The translations under genes were made by a program, and so were the position numbers. Positions 18,041-19,517 of a DNA stretch of 19,517 nucleotides are shown here, piece after piece (the stretch's first letter is position 1; each line of letters begins with the position of its first letter). The DNA comes from Octopus sinensis (taxonomy: Eukaryota): the NCBI RefSeq assembly GCF_006345805.1, contig NW_021824228.1, positions 1-19,517 of the forward strand, given 5' to 3'. Under the pieces are notes generated by a model. That model did not search any database. It saw only the letters and a list, made by a program, of their open reading frames with translations, and had not been told where the DNA came from.

Positions 18041-18435
18041 ATAATAATAATAATAATAATAATTGTGTACAGTGCTCAGGTGCACTACAACTCATCTAAA
18101 GTGTATATATAATCAGGTGTAGTTTCGGCGGATTTCGGAAAGCATGAGGGCCTTAAAGGATGCAGTGCTCCGACAACCAACAACTGATGCCGGCAGTTTG
18201 TTCCATGCTTCAGCAACTCTGAGCGTGAAAAAATGTTTCCGAAAGTCGTGGAAGGAGCTGTGCTGTTTTCTGACTTTGTAGGCATGTCCATGTGTGTTGG
18301 ACACATGGAGATCAAAAAGGTGTTCAGTGTTGTTGTTGTTGGTGAGGTGGTTGATAACTTTGTGGGTGTTTACCAAGTCCGTCGCCAGACGCCGGAGCTT
18401 CTTCTTTGTCAAAAGCTTTGAGTAATACATCTCAA
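18041..18435 (-). mobile_element. CR1-clade LINE 3' end with (TTA)n tail
   Basis: ORF track 18113-18448: ...GHAYKVRKQH..RKHFFTLRVAEAWNKLPASVV..., a CR1-like C-terminus. Short 3' UTR, then (ATT)n at 18041-18063. Confidence 0.8.
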
Positions 18436-18444
18436 AACCCCTAT

Positions 18445-18705
18445 CCATTCAGAAGATTCTTCAGCTTCCAGACCCTTCTTTTCCATGCTGGTCGTCTTCT
18501 GGGCAGCCATTCAGCCCCGTTCCTGAAGATAAAGGAGGGCCTCTCTGAACTCTCGGGTCCACAGGTGGTCGGTCTGCACAGACAGAACCGCAAATGGCTC
18601 GCTATCTCCAGTGACCTCGCACAGGACCATCGGGCGTGGGCTGCCATGGTTTGGGATGTCATCAGGACCAGAGAAGAAGCCGGCTCAACCCACCCTGGTA
18701 CCAAC
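18445..18705 (+). mobile_element. RTE-clade LINE C-terminal fragment (different subfamily)
   Basis: Reads IKEGLSELSGPQVVGLHRQNRKWLAISSDLAQDHRAWAAMVWDVI..AGSTHPG, resembling the 'LAQDR..W' RTE C-terminal motif. Confidence 0.55.
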
Positions 18706-19075
18706 TTAGCTGTTCCACATAAGAGATTGATAAAATAAGTACTAGGCTTACAAAGAATAAGTGCCGGGAGAGGGGGTCGATTTTTTCAACTAAAACCCTC
18801 TTTTTGGCGGTGCTCCAGCATGGCTGCAGTCAAGTGACTGAAACCAGTAAAAGAATAAAAGAAAAGAAAAAGACGTGTGTGTGTGTGTGTTTAGGTATGT
18901 GTTGTGTTTGTCTCCTGTCACTGCCTGGCAACCTGTGTTGGTGTGTTTATGTCCCTATGACTTAGCGGTTCAGCAAAAAAGATATGTAGTAGGGTGGATT
19001 CGTTCAGTTAAACACTTCAAGGTGGTGCACCAGCTTGGCCGCAGTCCAATGACTGAAACCTGTAAACTACAAAAG
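18705..19075 (+). mobile_element. Two diverged CORE-type SINE body/tail fragments (about 18705-18872 and 18875-19075)
   Basis: agtactaggcttacaaagaataag...ggcggtgctccagcatggctgcagtcaagtgactgaaacc, then a second (GT) linker, body and cagtccaatgactgaaacc. Confidence 0.75.
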
Positions 19076-19150
19076 AATGTGTGGTGTGGTGGTGGGTGTG
19101 TGTGAGTGTGTGGTGTTGTGTGTGTGTTTGTGTGTGTGTGAGTGGTGTGT

Positions 19151-19193
<43 letters not shown>

Positions 19194-19370
19194 TTGTGTG
19201 TGTGTGTGTGTGTGAGTGTGTGTGTGTGAGTGTGTGTGAGTGTGTGTGTGTGGTGTGTGTGTGGTGTGGTGTGTGTGTGAGTGTGTGTAGTGTGTGTGAG
19301 TGTGTGGTGTGTGTGTGTGTGGTGTGTGTGAGTGTGAGTGTTTGTGTGTTTGTGTTATGTGGTGGTGTTA
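19076..19370. repeat. (GT)n / (GTG)-type compound microsatellite
   Basis: Directly visible. Followed by another SINE body fragment at about 19385-19470. Confidence 0.93.
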
Positions 19371-19517
19371 GTCACAACTCACTAAATACCGTGTTTGGTT
19401 TGTTTTATGTCCCCAAGTAACTTAGCAGTTCAGCAAAAGTAATTGATGGAATAAATACCAGACATACAAACAGGAACCCAACTGAAGGCCTTCGAGTTGA
19501 TGGGCGATGCCCCAGCA

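Noticed and set aside
19076-19420. CV-repeat ORFs
   Set aside because: (GT)n microsatellite.

Overview
Eukaryotic, repeat-dense window. The SINE families, RTE/CR1 fragments and long (TA)/(CA) microsatellites point to an octopus or other coleoid cephalopod; this is an inference from the repeat landscape, not a database hit. One protein-coding gene lies on the minus strand: a TMX1-type thioredoxin-related transmembrane protein. I reconstructed it by hand as 8 coding exons (15547-15396, 10576-10461, 8553-8508, 7157-7029, 6540-6495, 4989-4888, 2039-1923, 88-<1). All introns are GT-AG, phases are consistent, and the product has a signal peptide, a WCPAC active site, a TM helix, juxtamembrane CC, an RQR motif and a polyQ tail that runs off the window. 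Introns and the upstream region are filled with three tRNA-derived SINE families, RTE-tailed non-autonomous retroposons, RTE and CR1 LINE fragments and a piggyBac-type MITE. Main second-look items: (1) a 600-bp element with long palindrome-rich TIRs and a 9-bp TSD, MULE-like and carrying a nested SINE, next to the TMX1 core promoter; (2) three minimal Penelope-type hammerhead-ribozyme-like motifs, two of them sense to the pre-mRNA and bracketed by an inverted repeat pair; (3) inverted SINEs tightly flanking exons 6-7 and exons 3-5, a circRNA/ADAR-type geometry; (4) convergent, 3'-truncated RTE copies forming 319-bp inverted arms; (5) a 100-bp-period tandem array and a SINE tetramer. No prokaryotic-type systems such as CRISPR are present.
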